DNA of 61,810 nucleotides, filler included, from Dugesia japonica (taxonomy: Eukaryota): the NCBI GenBank assembly GCA_001938525.1. It is 5 parts of 5 records of this genome, joined end to end, with 100 filler letters (N's around TTAATTAATTAA, not from the genome) between each part and the next. Parts side by side here need not be neighbours in the genome. Positions count along the whole stretch, not along the records: positions 1 to 14,501 come from MQRL01610532.1; 4 more parts are not named here. One strand, written 5' to 3'. The first letter of the stretch is position 1; the number at the start of each line of letters is the position of its first letter. The translations under genes were made by a program, and so were the position numbers. The notes beneath the pieces were generated by a model that saw only the letters and a program-made list of their open reading frames with translations, made no database searches and was not told the origin of the DNA. Of the stretch, positions 1-13,664 are shown piece after piece.

Positions 1-923
1 TTTGATAAAAAGTTGATCATGGATTCCAATTTCGAAAAAGAACTGAAAGATTTTTTAGAAGTTCATGAATTTGCATCTGACATGACAACAGCGTCTCAAT
101 CAAATGATATCTTTTTATCCAAATTTTTTTTTTGATTGNGAGTTTCTCGAATCCCAATTGATGGATCTCTCTACGTATAAATTTAGTGGTACTCTACTGA
201 AAGAGTTAAAAAGAAGAAAAGTTGCAACCTTTGAAAGTTGTTATTATATTTTTTTCGATACTAGATACAAGAATACTATACTTCGCGGAGAACTCGATTT
301 CATACTTACATACGTAGTATCTATATATAAAAACCTTATATATATATAAACAAAAATTCAACTGAACAAAGTAACGTCCAAGAGTCGGCTATAAATAAAA
401 CTGAGGAAAAACAAAAAATTTGGAGATTGACAAAAGAAGAAAATATTATGAGCTTATTGAAAACTACAGTAATAGTTTTCACAAGAAGACGAGCTTATAA
501 GCAAATTAACATCAGAGGTTTACAAGTATTTTCAGTCTGAATATTCTTATGTTGATGAAAATACAAATTCTTTATGCTTTTGGAAAACCATGAAATCAGA
601 GTTTCCTCTACTGCAAACTATAGTCTACTATGTTTTACCAATACTATGTTCCCAAGTTTCCGTTGAAACAACTTTAAGTATTTTTAGATTTATGTATAAT
701 GATTATAGGTCGTCGATAAATTTTGATTTATTGGAAAGAATAATGTTCTGAAAACTAAATAATAACGAAATAAATTATTTTCTGTAATTCCGCTAATTAT
801 AAATTTTGGGTCTTAATTATTTGTTTTTATATTTTTAATGGAGCTGGGGCTGGGGCTGATTTTTACTTTTTTTACACCCGGGACGCCCAAGGAGCCAAGT
901 CATCGGAGCAATTTCGAGCCCTG
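1..923 (+). mobile_element. 3' part of a degenerate hAT DNA transposon (C-terminal dimerisation domain plus right end)
   Basis: About 560-750 translates as CFWKTMKSEFPLLQTIVYYVLPILCSQVSVE, then YRSSINFDLLERIMF after a frameshift, matching the hAT dimerisation motif. The end reads ...ATTTCGAGCCCTG at 923 (reverse complement CAGGGCTCGAAA, a hAT-type terminus) with GGGGCT subterminal repeats. Confidence 0.7.
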
Positions 924-2236
924 ATTATTCACTATTATTCCAATGCGCACACGAGGTCAGGATATCTTTGATTTATTAAAAATTATATTGCTCGTACAAA
1001 TTTTCCAATTTACAAATATCTATAACCACGGATGGGGGCTCCTGCAATGATCGGTAATAAAAGTGGCTTTATTGCTCTTTGTAAATGTGATGATAACATT
1101 CCAGATTTCATAGATTATCATTGTATTATACATACTCTTATGTACAAAAGTATTGAAATTTGAACATGTTATGGATGTTGCATTTAAGATAGTAAATTCA
1201 AAAATATGTAAAAGTTTATCACGCCGTCAGTTGAGAGAATGCAGTGACGAGAACAGTAAACTGTAATTATACACAGACGAAAGGTGGTTAAGCTGTGATA
1301 CATTCTTAACTAGATTTAGAGATCTTCTGCCACAAATATGCTTATATTTAGAATCTAAAGGTGATTCATTTCCCCATTTAAAAAATCAAGAATAGCTTCT
1401 TGATCTTGCTTTTTTCTGAGATTTTACTGAAAAATTACAACAATGAATCTGCAGCGACAAGATAAAAATAAAACAATAATAGATATGATAAGCTTATTGA
1501 AGTCATTTAAAGAAAAATTGAATATTCTTGTAATGCAATTAAAACGTGGTGATTTAAAGCATTATAAAAATTTAGCTGACGAGTCTAAAAATAAAATGAA
1601 TCTTATTTACAATACATATGCTGATATTATTGCATTGCTTCTAAAAGAATTTGAAAAAAGATTTGTAACAGTGAGTAAACTTGAAAATATTGCAAGTTTC
1701 TTGTCTTACCCATTTAATGATGACGTCGATGTTGCAAACAGCTCAGAAACTAAACAGCTTTCTCACCACTACAAATATAGCATACTTGGAAGAAGAAATA
1801 ATAATATAAAATGTGACATAAATCTTAAGTCAATGGTTTTAAATTGTAATTTTTGGAAACCGATAAATAAAGATAAATATTAAATATTTTGGTAATTGTT
1901 GCACGTTTCAATACTTTCTTTTAATCAACATACTTATGTTAATCTGCATTTTCATTTATGAATGCAATCAAAACAAAACAAAGATCGCAATTAACAGATA
2001 AACATTTGAAATCGTGTCTGAGAATTGTGTTAAGTTCTTATGAGCCAAACTTTGAAAAAATTGCAGCATTTATGCAATATCAACTGTCGTTTAATTAACT
2101 ATTTTTTCCAATTTGTTATTTATTTGTCAAAATATCTTTGAAAATAAAAAATCCTAAATTTTTCCCTTTATATTCTTGGTCACCCGCAGATCATATATTA
2201 CAGAAAAAGCAGCCTCTTAAAGTTTGGCCACACGTG
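924..2236 (+). mobile_element. hAT Charlie/SPIN (GTF2IRD2/EPM2AIP1-like) transposase pseudogene with right TIR
   Basis: Motifs across frameshifts and stops: TRGQDIF, ITTDG/APAMIG, DYHCII, RWLSC, LLDLAF, MNLQ..KTIIDMI, STYLC*SAFSFMNAIKTKQRSQLTDKHL. The terminus AAGTTTGGCCACACGTG ends at 2236 and is followed by ATCTATAG, which fits the NNNTANNN target site of this group. Confidence 0.85.
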
Positions 2237-3959
2237 ATCTATAGAATATGTAAACCAAATTTAGTTTAATTAATATTTGTTTCTGGAAAGATTTTTTTAT
2301 GTTTGTTAAAATTAATCAATTATTTTGAAAATTTAATCAAAACTTAAATGAGATTTTTTTTAGAAAGTGTTATTTAAGATAATATTTAATTTTGTATTGT
2401 AATTGAATTTAAACATAATTAAATTTTAATAAATTACAATTTTCACACAGGGCGAAGTTATTGTGCCAAACTTAGAAATTTAGTTGTGGCAATATAAAAT
2501 ATTGAAAAATAAATTTATATATTTACATATAATTGAATGATCGGAGTGTCATATGAGATCCTTCGTTGTTATTTATACTTATTTCTATTTATATTCTATG
2601 TTAAAAGACAGAATAGAACACTTTTCATGTGTTTTGACAATATACTATTGTTTAATCATTTAGATACATCAGGAACCAAACCTTCCACAATGATATCAAA
2701 ACAAAAAATTCTAATAAACGCAATTTTGATTATGAAGCACTCGTAAATATGAGGAATTCATAATGTCTCTTAAGAAGCATTTAATCGCTTTTAATATTTT
2801 AGAAGACTAAGTTTTAATATATATAATTGAAAACTAAGAAAATTTTCATTTCACCATTCAACATTCAAATGATCATGATTAATTATGTAACAAACATAAT
2901 CTCATTATTTAAAATAATACTTACATTTATGGATTTTTCAGATAGGAAGATATTTGCCAAAACTAAAGATTTCAAAAATCATCATAACTGGAGTAATGAA
3001 TTTTCAGTAAATAATGTAAAATTAATAATTCAAATGTTGACATGATTGAGATAACAATTATGTTATAAATGATAATAATTTTATCATAATAATACAATAA
3101 ATCAATGATAACAAAATGGTTTGTTAAAAGTATAACAATAAAACAAAAATAATTATAATAAGAAAATTATTTCAGTGTTTAACTAATTTTGTGTCATCTA
3201 AATTTTCTTTGAATAAATTTTAATAAAATTAGTTAAAAGAAATTATATTTTTTCTATTTTATTTATTTCTAAAACAATCATTACCCTTAAGGATCAATTT
3301 CATAATTTTTTATACAGAAAAGACGATTATTTTGATTTTTCCATTTTTTTATCTGAAAATATAATTAAAAATTTTTATCTACTTTTATCTATGCTATTTA
3401 AGGAAGCCGCGTTTAAATCACTGTTCTATTGAATTTGGTTTAATCGGTTAAGTTTCTGACTTTTCCATTTTTTGCCATGTCAGTTTCTGGTATTCTGTAA
3501 TAATCCAGGTAATTTGCTGCACTATATCCAAAGTCCTTTACAAATCTCAATTCATAGACTAGTGTTAATTCAAGTAGACATGTTAGATCCTTGACTATCT
3601 CTATTTTAATGAACAAGACATTTCATTACTTAGTGTTTATTTCTGTGTTTCGAGTAATATAATTTATTTTCTTGTTATATGAAAAGTCACTTATGAAATT
3701 CTTTTCAATCTGGCACATAAAATTAATTTTGATTATGTTAGGTAAGTTTTCAATTGATAATTTATTTTCCAAATCACAACTGATAGTTTTTGATATAAAT
3801 TATTTCACTACTACAAATAAACAGAAATAATAAATTGTATAAATCCTTTCGCGGGATACAGTATCTCATTTCATGACTTGTCATTGAGTGTGATCCATAA
3901 TAACAACAACAAAACTATAATGAAATTTTATAAGTTAATAATGCTGAATGCCTGTATTT

Positions 3960-4047
3960 TAATGTTTTCAATACCGGTATTCGGTATTCAAAAATTTTCC
4001 GATATCCCGGGATATCAGTTTTGGGTTACCCGGTATCACATGCCCTA
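3960..4047. mobile_element. hAT-like element terminus (MITE end)
   Basis: ATACCG/CGGTAT subterminal repeats ending in ...GGTATCACATGCCCTA (reverse complement TAGGGCATG). Confidence 0.5.
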
Positions 4048-6050
4048 GTGATAATACTGCTTCGATTGTATCGAAACTGACATCTGTATGTAATATTAAT
4101 TCTCTGTTTATTTCTGGAAAAAACAATATTGGGGCATTAGACCCTCAAAAGGATCGTTTATTTTATCTGTCCATTCTAATTTTTAAATATATTCTTATGT
4201 CCTTCTTTTCTTTTTTTCAAACACAAATCAATGAAGTACTTCATAGAGATTTGCATTTCCGGATAAAATTATTCTCACAAAGATTCTGGAAAGGTTCTTT
4301 AATTTTATATTCTAAGTTTATTGTTTGCCTGTAGGGTTTTACATTGATTGGTTATGACTATTTTGTGTTTTACCAGAGCCCTACATCTTATTTATCTGTC
4401 ATAAAAGTGTATTCTTTAATTCCAATTTTTATCAATAATCGTTGATCGTACTTAATTTTCAAAACATTTAAGGCTTTTGGCAATCGATCTCCCGTTTTTA
4501 TTTGTCTTCTAAATTTCACTTCAATATTACAAATCTAATTTTCTAATTTTAAATCCTATTTGCCATCTACCTTTCGTACAAGCTGTTATTCAAAAATCTT
4601 CAGCATATTTATTCTTCCAATTAGATCTGTTATCACTTTTTCTACAACTAAGAAAGTAGTCTCTTTGCCAACTTCATCAATTATTACACTAGTTCGAACT
4701 TTCTCAACAATTTTAAATGTACTATTATTTGCACAACACAATCTTTCCTCGCTCCTTTCTAAATTTAGTTCTCGTAATTTAATAAAACAACGCAAACTCA
4801 AAACGTTAATTCAAGACCTTATATCTAATAGACATTCAATTTTATTTCCTTGAATTGATGCCGTAACTATTGGGCTGCTTTGCAATTTATGGTACGAAAT
4901 ATTTGTTTTTTGTTTTGCTTCAATTTTTCCAACCTATTCTACTTTTCTATCATTCATAAAATTTTCTCTTTTTAAGAACCTGTTTACTTTTTCAATAACT
5001 TTCCGGATATCATCGCATTTTTCGACACCTTGAGGATAGTCATTCATTCATTTAACAATGTGTGATTCCAACCAAATTCTCTACCGATGGATCTTTGCTT
5101 TATGAGTACTGCCTTTCGGAATCACTTCCATACACTGCCTTTGTATTAAGATCCTCATATGCAATTGCATGTATTCGATTATATCAGTTTCTTGGTCTTC
5201 CAGCAGTCTTAAATTTCTCACTTGTTCTTTTTCATTTTTAAAATTGTGTAGCACTCTTCTTCTCTATGTCTACCATTTCCACATCGTTTACACTTCATTT
5301 ATGCACATAACCGTCTAATTTGGCCAACATTTCCACGACCAAAACATTTTNNNNNNNNNNNNNNNNNNNNNNNNNNNNNNNNNNNNNNNNNNNNNNNNNN
5401 NNNNNNNNGACTCTTCCACTTTTTTCGTCAGAAAATTTGCTTTCGCATAACCAATAACGAATATGACAACTCAACATTACAGGTTTCTGATAATTTCGAC
5501 TTGTCACTTTCTCAAAATTTCTAACTGCATAAACTTGATCTCTGTTTTTCTCTACTCAATCTACTAACCCCATTGTTTCTCCAATTTCTTCTATATTCTG
5601 TCGTTTCCGCAAGGTCACTTCTTCCTCAACCTTTTTATTATCTGAACAGTAAACTAGCATCTCTGCTAGCTTTTTTTCTTCAGTAAAATCTTTATTTGTA
5701 AATAATTCTTTGTCTAAATCTTGTACAATTTTTAATTAAACTTGAATTTCTTCATTTCGACGCCTGTTGTTAATCAACTTTTTAAAGTATTTGATAACAT
5801 CTTTCTTTTTCTCAAATGCCAAACATAAACGAGCCTGAATACCTTCAACTTTTTTTCTTCCAATAAATAATCATTTAACAAACAAGATACTAATCTCTTC
5901 TGTTGTTTCATCTGGGTAATGTTTTTAGTTTCAAAATATAATTCACACACTTTGATGAATTTCTCAAAATCATTTCCTCTGCAGAATACATTTGGCAATA
6001 ACCTATNTACATACATTTGATCATTTATTTTCCAATTCACAGTTAAAATT
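4048..6050 (-). mobile_element. Ty3/Gypsy remnant, family A (gag, protease, RNase H start; RT core deleted)
   Basis: Gag-like ORF 5774-6040 (PNVFCRGNDFEKFI), decayed zinc knuckles near 5300-5500, protease 4586-4850 (ERLCCANNSTFKIV..DLIG), RNase H start ELILHTDVSFDTIEAVLS near 4050-4110. Clearly related to the element at 30230-34320. Confidence 0.8.
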
Positions 6051-6351
6051 TTTAGACGTCATTTACTTCACCACTACAACAGATATCTAAACTACATTAT
6101 TATTTGGTAAAAAAAAATAATAAAATAATGATATCCAATTTAATCGCTTTCTATTGGCTGATATTATTAATTAATATTTATTTCCTTTTAGATTAGAAAA
6201 TTTGATGATTATTGTAGTTATATATCATTTATAAAATGATATTAAGGTTTAAATTTGTTAATATTAAATGATATTATTTGTTTAAAAAATTCATTATTAA
6301 TAAATAATTTTTATTTTAAAAAATAATTATGGAAAGTTCAAGTCTTTTAAC

Positions 6352-6362
6352 TGGCGACCACG
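6352..6362 (+). promoter_or_regulatory. Primer-binding site (probably tRNA-Arg)
   Basis: TGGCGACCACG just upstream of gag; complementary to a CGTGGTCGCCA tRNA 3' end. The tRNA identity is inferred. Confidence 0.55.
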
Positions 6363-9300
6363 CCAAAATAAGCGTTCGTAAATAAAGAAAAAGATGATAG
6401 CCAAAAAATTTTCCAAAGCTGCCATCTTCAACACAAGAATTACTTATCCCAAAACCAAGTTTTTTCGAGGGTTCATATGAAGCGGCTGATGAATGGATTC
6501 AAACGATCAAAGAATTTGCCGCGTTTATTCAAATGGAGCTATCATTCGCATTTGATATGTTAATGAGACGAGAAGCGAAAGAATTATGGGTGGTAAAATG
6601 CAAAAAAGATTTAATTTTGACGAACGAGGTCTGCGAAAAATGGTTTCGTGAATCATTTGTGATTTCAGAGACACTAGTGTATAAAATAACACTTTTGTCG
6701 AATATCAAACAAAATCCAACGGGAAAATGTCGTAATTTTGAGTTAAGAGTAAGAAAACCAGTAAATGAAGTTTTTGCTAGTAAAAAAACTCTAGATGAAA
6801 TTCCAACTATTTGTAATTAATGGTGTAAGAAGCGAAAAATTGAAAGAATCTTTTGTTCTTCAACCAGAACTTGCTGATATTCAAAGACGAGATTTAGCTA
6901 AAATTTGGATAAATTGATACTGGAATATTCTGTTAATGTGGTAAAAACAGCTATCCAGATACAGTGAAGAAAGATGAGTATCAATCAAAGTTTTCAAAAC
7001 GATCCAAGAACAAGAAGTCGAAGAATTGTTTTCAAAGAGAATAAGTATTGTGCAAATGAAATTCAAACCCAAGGACGGGCCCAAAACAATAGTTTTCCTT
7101 GATTTTCGATGAAGTGTATAGCCAATAAGCTTCATTGTAAAGCCAAAGGAAAGAATCATCCACGCGAAGACGCTTTAGCACCGGGAGCATGTTTCTACTG
7201 TGGAGATACAAGACATAGAAGAATGAATTGTCCATTAAAAGATAAAGGTTTAATATGTTGCAAAGAAGGTTATAATTTTTGAGATTGTCTATTAATTTGA
7301 ATTAAAAATTCTAGATTTCTGAAAATATTACGAAACTGCTCCAATATCACATTGAAATGACCTACAATAATGATAAACCAGAGAAGACAGCCAATGCACT
7401 TGGAAAATAAAATTGATGAATTGTTAGAAAATCTTAGAAAATCAAATATTATAAGAAGTTGCAGAAGTCCATGGAATTTCCCATTGGTAATTGTACCAAA
7501 GAAAGATGGAACAATAAGAATGTGTCTTGATTTTAGAAAATTGAATTCAATTACAGAAAAGTATTCGTTTCTAGTTCCAGATATTCAAATATTATTAGAT
7601 ACGCTTGAAGGATCAGTCTTATTTTCTTCTTTAGATTTAGGGCAAGCATATTATCAAATTGAATTAAGCGAAGAATCAAAATTAAAGACGGTCTTTAGTA
7701 CAAAGATGGGTTAATTTTGTTTTAATCGAATATTCTTTGGATTATGGACTGAACAAGCAACATTTCAAAGCTTGGTGCATAAAATATTTGATGGAGTATT
7801 GTACAAAGGAGTATTAGTATATCTGGATGATATTTTAATATATGGTAAAACTAAAGAGGAGCCTGACAAACGAGTTGGTAAGGTTTTTCAGCTACTAAAA
7901 GATGCGGGTTTAAAAGTAAATCCACGTAAATGTGTGTTCAATTCCAAGAAGCTGAAATGTTTAGGATATACAATTAGAGCAAAAGGTGTAGAGACAGATG
8001 ATGAAACCATCAAAATAATTCGAGAAGCCGTAACACCAAAATGCGCTACGTAAATACGAGCGTTCTTAGGATTGACAAATTATTTCAGCCGTTTTATAAA
8101 AGATTCTGCTTTCCTTACAGCACCATTGTATGCAGCGATGACAGGACAAGAAAAGAACATTGAATGGACAAAAGAATGTGAGGATAGTTTTCAATCTTTG
8201 AAGATAAAATTGTGTAGTGCTCCAATTTTGACTTTCCCAAATAATAGGGGCGAAATGATATTGGATACTGATGCTAGTTTTGGAGCAATTGGAAGGGTTT
8301 TGAATCAAATAACGGATAATGGTTCGGAACAGGTCATAGTATACGGTTCGGAACAGGTCATAGCATATGGTTCTCGAACTTTAAACAATCACGAAAAAGA
8401 ATATTGTGTTACTCGCAAGAGATTGTTAGCTCTGCATGAGTTTATAATGTATTTTAAACACTATTTGTATGGCAAGAAATTTAGAGCAAGAACGTATCAA
8501 AAAGCATTGACTTTTATGACGAAGACTAGTAAGCCCATTAGTTCTCAGTTTCAGACATGAATAACAAATCTAACAGAATTTAATTTTGAATTAGAATTCC
8601 AAAAAAGAGCATCTCATGGAAATGCTGATGAACTTTCAAGGATAGGAGAGAGCCTTTGTTCACAATGTCAGACTATACATTAAGATGCCAAAGGGGAACG
8701 ATCTCGAGTTTAAAGAATCAACACTTTAGACCAAACAAACTTTGAAAGAAGCCATATTAAGGAAATACAGAGAAACAATCTAATAATGAGGGAAATCATT
8801 GAATATTTTGAAAGTGGAAGGATAAATAATAATCTGAGCACAATGGTGACCAAAAGTAAATATTTTTCCAGACTGGAAAAGTTTGAGTTGGAAGATTAGA
8901 CACTGATTATCAATGACGGAGACAAGAAAAGAATTGTACTGGCAGGAAAATCGATATCTAACCTTATAGGTTTTATACACAATGAATTATGTCATGTGAG
9001 AGGCCAAAAACTGAAGGAGTACTTGAGTGTAAGTTATTTTTGGCCAAATATGCAAATAAATGTAGAACATCAACTACACTGGGCGAACAAAGGAATTTCT
9101 TATTCCAAGAACAGAATTTGGACCACTAGAACAGGTTATCATGGATATCGCTTATTTTCCAGAAGTGAAAACCAAAAAGAAATATGTTTTCGTCATGGTT
9201 GACAGGTATAGTAAGTTAGTGTCATTCGTAGCTTGAAGTAAACAGGATGAAACTTCGGTAGTTGAGGCAATAAAGGAAAACTGGATATATCGTTTTGGTA

Positions 9301-9560
9301 AGCCAAAATTATTTTTGACCGACAGAGCAAAATTATTTGAAGGAAAATTAATGCGGTCACTTGCAGAGAAGTTTGAGATTCAAAAAGAATTTTCGTCCCA
9401 ATATCAATATCAATCCAATGGTTTAGCAGAAAGAAATATTAGAGCACTTCGAGATATGGTGGTAACTACGATAAAGAACGGCTGCACGGAAATTGCTTCC
9501 ACGAATTCAGTTTGTAATAAATGCAACATAACAAAAATCGACGGGTCTATCTCCTTTTGA
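6352..9560 (+). mobile_element. Ty3/Gypsy LTR retrotransposon internal region, family B, degenerate (gag-RT-RH-IN; protease deleted)
   Basis: PBS-like TGGCGACCACG at 6352; gag about 6390-6960; knuckle CFYCGDTRH..NC near 7190; RT 7370-8053 (SPWNFPLVIVPKKDG, RMCLDFRKLN, YLDD); RNase H 8072-8560 (DTDASFGAIG); integrase 8990-9560 (TDRAKLFE, QSNGLAER). Confidence 0.93.
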
Positions 9561-9739
9561 ATAAATATAAATTATAAAAAATGATAAAAATGATTATAAT
9601 TTTATAATTTAACACAATATAATATATAGAATTTATTCAATTAATTTGTATTTTAAAAAAACCTGTTTTATATTTTAAAAGTTTCAAAAAACCAATTTTA
9701 ATATTAAATATAAAAATTAAGAAATCTCGAATATTTGAA

Positions 9740-12050
9740 ATCCATGAATCGATACTCACAATGTTCAAATATATATTTTCAATATCATGGAAATAATGTA
9801 TTTAATAAATTGAATATTTTTCTATCAACAATAAATTCTAAATTAACTGATATAAAAAATTATGCTACAAAAAAATATTCAAGATATATTGCTGATTCAG
9901 AAGACTTGATTTCAGAATTTAAACCAAATATAACTAAATTTAGATATTGTATTGAAAAAATAAAACATGGAGAATAAGTTATTGATCATGATCATTATAA
10001 TGGGAAATTAAGAGGTTATGCACATAATAATTGTAATTTACAAGATAAATCAATTAAACAATTCTTTATTCTAATACATATGCATAATGCATCAGGATAT
10101 GATATTCATTTTTTTAGAAAATTATGTGAGAAATATCCTGATTAAGTTCAAAATGTTACTCCATATAATGATGAAAATTATATTGCATTTAAATTTCATA
10201 ATATAATTTTCTTGGATTCATTAAGAATTATTCCAGTAACATCAATTGATAAAATAGATGAAATATTAAAAACTTGCAAAAAATATTCAATATTAAAATC
10301 ACATAATTTACAACCACAAAAAGCACCTTTTCCATATGAGAATGTGAAAGGTGAAAACCCACAAGAAGCAATTTAATTATTAAAATCAGATAAAATTCCT
10401 ACAAAGGATAATTTCTTTAATAAATTAACACAAAAGAAAATATCAAATGATGATTATAATTTATTTTTAAAATTATTTAAAGATTTTCCTAACATATATG
10501 AATACATGTTACATTATATGACATTAAATGTAGGAATTTTATCTGATTTTTATGAAAATTTTAAACAAAGATCATTAAACTTTTATGATATTGGTCCTAG
10601 TTATTGCTATTCTGGACCAGGATTAACATGGAATGCGGGAACAAAATTTACTAGGGTTTAATTAAAATATGCTAAAGAAAACACATATAATGCATTTATG
10701 AAAATTGAAAAGGGTATTAGGGGTGGGTTTCCTGGAGTTTTAGAAGAAAGACAAGTTTTTAGTCATAATAATAATAATTCGATGCAAATTAATAAAGCAA
10801 CAAAAGATGATTTATTAAAAGTATTAAAAAATAAACAAAATATTCCAGATGAATATTTTNAAAATACACACATTAAATATTTATACGAAAATTCATTGTA
10901 TTCAGCCTGTATGACAAAACCTTTGCCAACAGGTGAAATAATTAAATGTGATGATGATATTTATCTTCTAAAAATTTCAGATAAAATCGAATATTTATAT
11001 GAAGTGGATTTAGATTATCCACTTGAAATCCACGAAAAAACTAAATATTTTCCATTTTCTCCAGAAAAGATAGATATTAAACAAGATATTTTAAGCCCAT
11101 GTCAAAATTCATTCAATTATAAACACAGAAAAACATTAACCTATTTAATAAAAGTAATTACATAGTTTCAGGATCAAATTTAGATTTTTATTTAAAACAG
11201 GGTATAAAGTTAAATAAAGTTTATAGCAAATATCAATCGCAAATGAAACCCTGGTTAAAAGATTATATTTTATTTCACATTGAGCATAGAAAAATCGCTA
11301 AAAAGAATAATGACATATTTGGCGATTATTTCTTTAAATTATTAAATAATGCCTTTTATAGGAAAACTTTAGAAGATATAAGAAAACGATGCAATATAGT
11401 TATTGGATCTTCTGATAAAAATTTTCAAAAAGAAGTGAGCAAAATATCTTATAAATCCTCTAAAATTTTTACAGAAAACGTGGCAGCCATACATATTCGG
11501 AAAACAAATTTAGAATACAGCAAGTTTCCATATGTTGGGTTTATTATTTTGGAATATGCTAAATTGATTATATATTATTTTATATATAATCAATTAAATA
11601 GCATTATTCCAAATCACTATAAAATGCATTAAAGTGATACTGATTCTATATTTTTAGAAATCAGTGGAGATAATAATTTTTAAAAAATTGAAAAATTATT
11701 AGTTTAGGAATTCTTTCAAATGAAGAACGAAAAACCTTAATCTGAAATAATTAAATACCATTTCATAAAAGCAAAATTATATGGATATGAATATCAAGAA
11801 AAACTCTCAGAATTAATAAATTTAGATAAGAGACGTAAAGGCCTATCTAAATTTAATAATATTCAAATGAATTCATTTTATAAAGTTCTTAAGTCAAATG
11901 AATCCATTTATGGTACTAATTATTTATTAAAATCGAATAAACATAAAATTAGTGTCGTTGAACAAAATAAAATTGCTTTATTTGGATATGGTGACAAGAG
12001 ATTAAATGAAAATAATGGAATTATAACTTGGCCACATGGACATCAATTTT
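9740..12050 (+). pseudogene. Protein-primed family B DNA polymerase (pPolB) of a Polinton/Maverick (adintovirus-like) element, degenerate
   Basis: Ordered motifs: VIDHDHYNGKLRGYAHNNCN, HNASGYDIH, FLDSLR, KAPFPYE, YSGPGLTWNA, IEKGIRGG, Y.ENSLYS.CM.KPLPTG, YEVDLDYP.EIH, FKLLNNAFY.KT.E.IRKR, SDTDSIF, KRRKG, QNKIAL..YGDKR. Many stops and frameshifts. Confidence 0.92.
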
Positions 12051-12150
12051 ATTGTAATTACTGTAATGAATATCACTTAAAATTAGATAAATTAAATCAT
12101 AAATTAAATTACATTAATTTATTACAGAGGATAATTTTAAAATATAAATA

Positions 12151-13447
12151 CAGGGTGTTCCAATTTAAGGTTACATTTTAAATTTAATTCCATTTATTTC
12201 TGTTTTGTTTTATTAAATCAATAATTGTTGAATAAGCAATAGTAATTCATGCGGTTTTTAAAAATGAATNNNNNNNNNNNNNNNNNNNNAGTATTTATGG
12301 TAAAAAATTATTTTAAATACGGCGAAAGTTATGCCGAAGTTCGCAGAAAATTTTAGTCTGAATATGGAAGAGAAAGTTGTCTATTACAATTCAAAAAGTT
12401 ATCAAACAATTTATAAAAAGTGGCTCGATAAAAGATGAACGACGCCAAGAATATTATAAAAGTGGTTGCTCGGAAACAAATATTGCAGCTGTAAGCTGTA
12501 GTGTGAGTGAAAAACCAAAAAAATCAATCCATCGTCGTTTACAACAACTATACATTCCAAGAACGACGTTATTCAGAATTTTGCATGATGATCTTCATTT
12601 TAAGGCATTCAAGATTCAAATAACTCAAAAAATAAAGCCGACAGACTTTGAAATACGCCATAAATTCAGTAAATGGGCCATTGAAAATATGCATGAAAAT
12701 GAAACATTTTTCCAAAAAGTGATCTTTAGCGACGAAGCATATTTTGAACTAAAAGGATTTGTGAACACACAGAGTTGTAGAATTTGGAGCAATGAAAACT
12801 CACATGAAATACTAAAAAAACAATTCCATTCACCAAAGGTAAATGTTTGGTGTAGTTTTTGGGCGGGTGGTGTTATCGATCCGTATATTTTTGAGAATGA
12901 AACTCGGAATTCTGTAACAGTTACTGGAGCTCAGTATTGAAATATGATTGGAAAATTTTTGTTTCATAAATTAACAGGTATGGATACCCAGAACATAAGG
13001 TTTCAACAGGATGGTGCTAAATCTCATACTGCAAAAGAAACAATTAACCTTTTAAAAGAACGATTTGGTGAAAGATTAATTTCTTTAAATGCAAACATCA
13101 ATTGGCCACTCAGATCCCGTGATCTAACATCTCTAGATTTTTTTCTTTAAGGTTATTTAAAGGAAAGATGCATATTAGCGATCCTCAAACAATTGTTGAT
13201 CTTAAGGAGAACATCATCTATGAAATTGGTGAAATTATGCCCCAGTTGGGCCAAAATATCATAGAAAACCTTTGTAAAAGAATGGGTGCTTGCTGTGCAG
13301 AAGCAGGAGGTCACTTGCATGACATTATTTTTAATTGTTAAACCGGAATATATGTAATATCATTGTAAATAAAACTATTTCTACATTTCCTACCTTTAGC
13401 TTCTTTTATTGAAAATTTAAAATGTAACCTTAAATTGGAACACCCTG
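12151..13447 (+). mobile_element. Tc1/mariner element, DD41D (rosa/Visitor-type), full length
   Basis: Perfect 35-bp TIRs (CAGGGTGTTCCAATTTAAGGTTACATTTTAAATTT) at 12151-12185 and 13413-13447. TA on the left flank, CA (mutated TA) on the right. Confidence 0.95.
12264..13341 (+). pseudogene. DD41D transposase, disrupted by stops and frameshifts
   Basis: IFSDEAYF, FQQDGAKSH, WPLRSRDLTSLDFFL; 41 residues between the second and third Asp; ends GGHLHDIIFNC*. Confidence 0.9.
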
Positions 13448-13664
13448 CATATATCTACATATTTTTAATTATTAAAATAAAAGTCATTTTTATATGAAAT
13501 GCTTTCGTAATAACTTATTCCTACAATCATTACATTTAATTTCTATTAAATAATTAAATTTTAAATTATAATTAATACAAGCTTTATAATAATCTGTTTT
13601 TGAATACAGAGAGATTAATTTAATTACATTAATTTTTCTTTTTTTTATTCCCACTTTTTTAAAT

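Noticed and set aside
3400-3600. GC-richer patch with a short minus-strand frame (LVYELRFVKDFGYSAANYLDYY); similar patches at 18180-18700 and 48240-48600
   Set aside because: Probably old TE fragments, but no assignable motif.
8321-8368. 24-bp in-frame tandem duplication in RNase H (GSEQVIVY-GSEQVIAY)
   Set aside because: Real, but ordinary slippage in a dead element.
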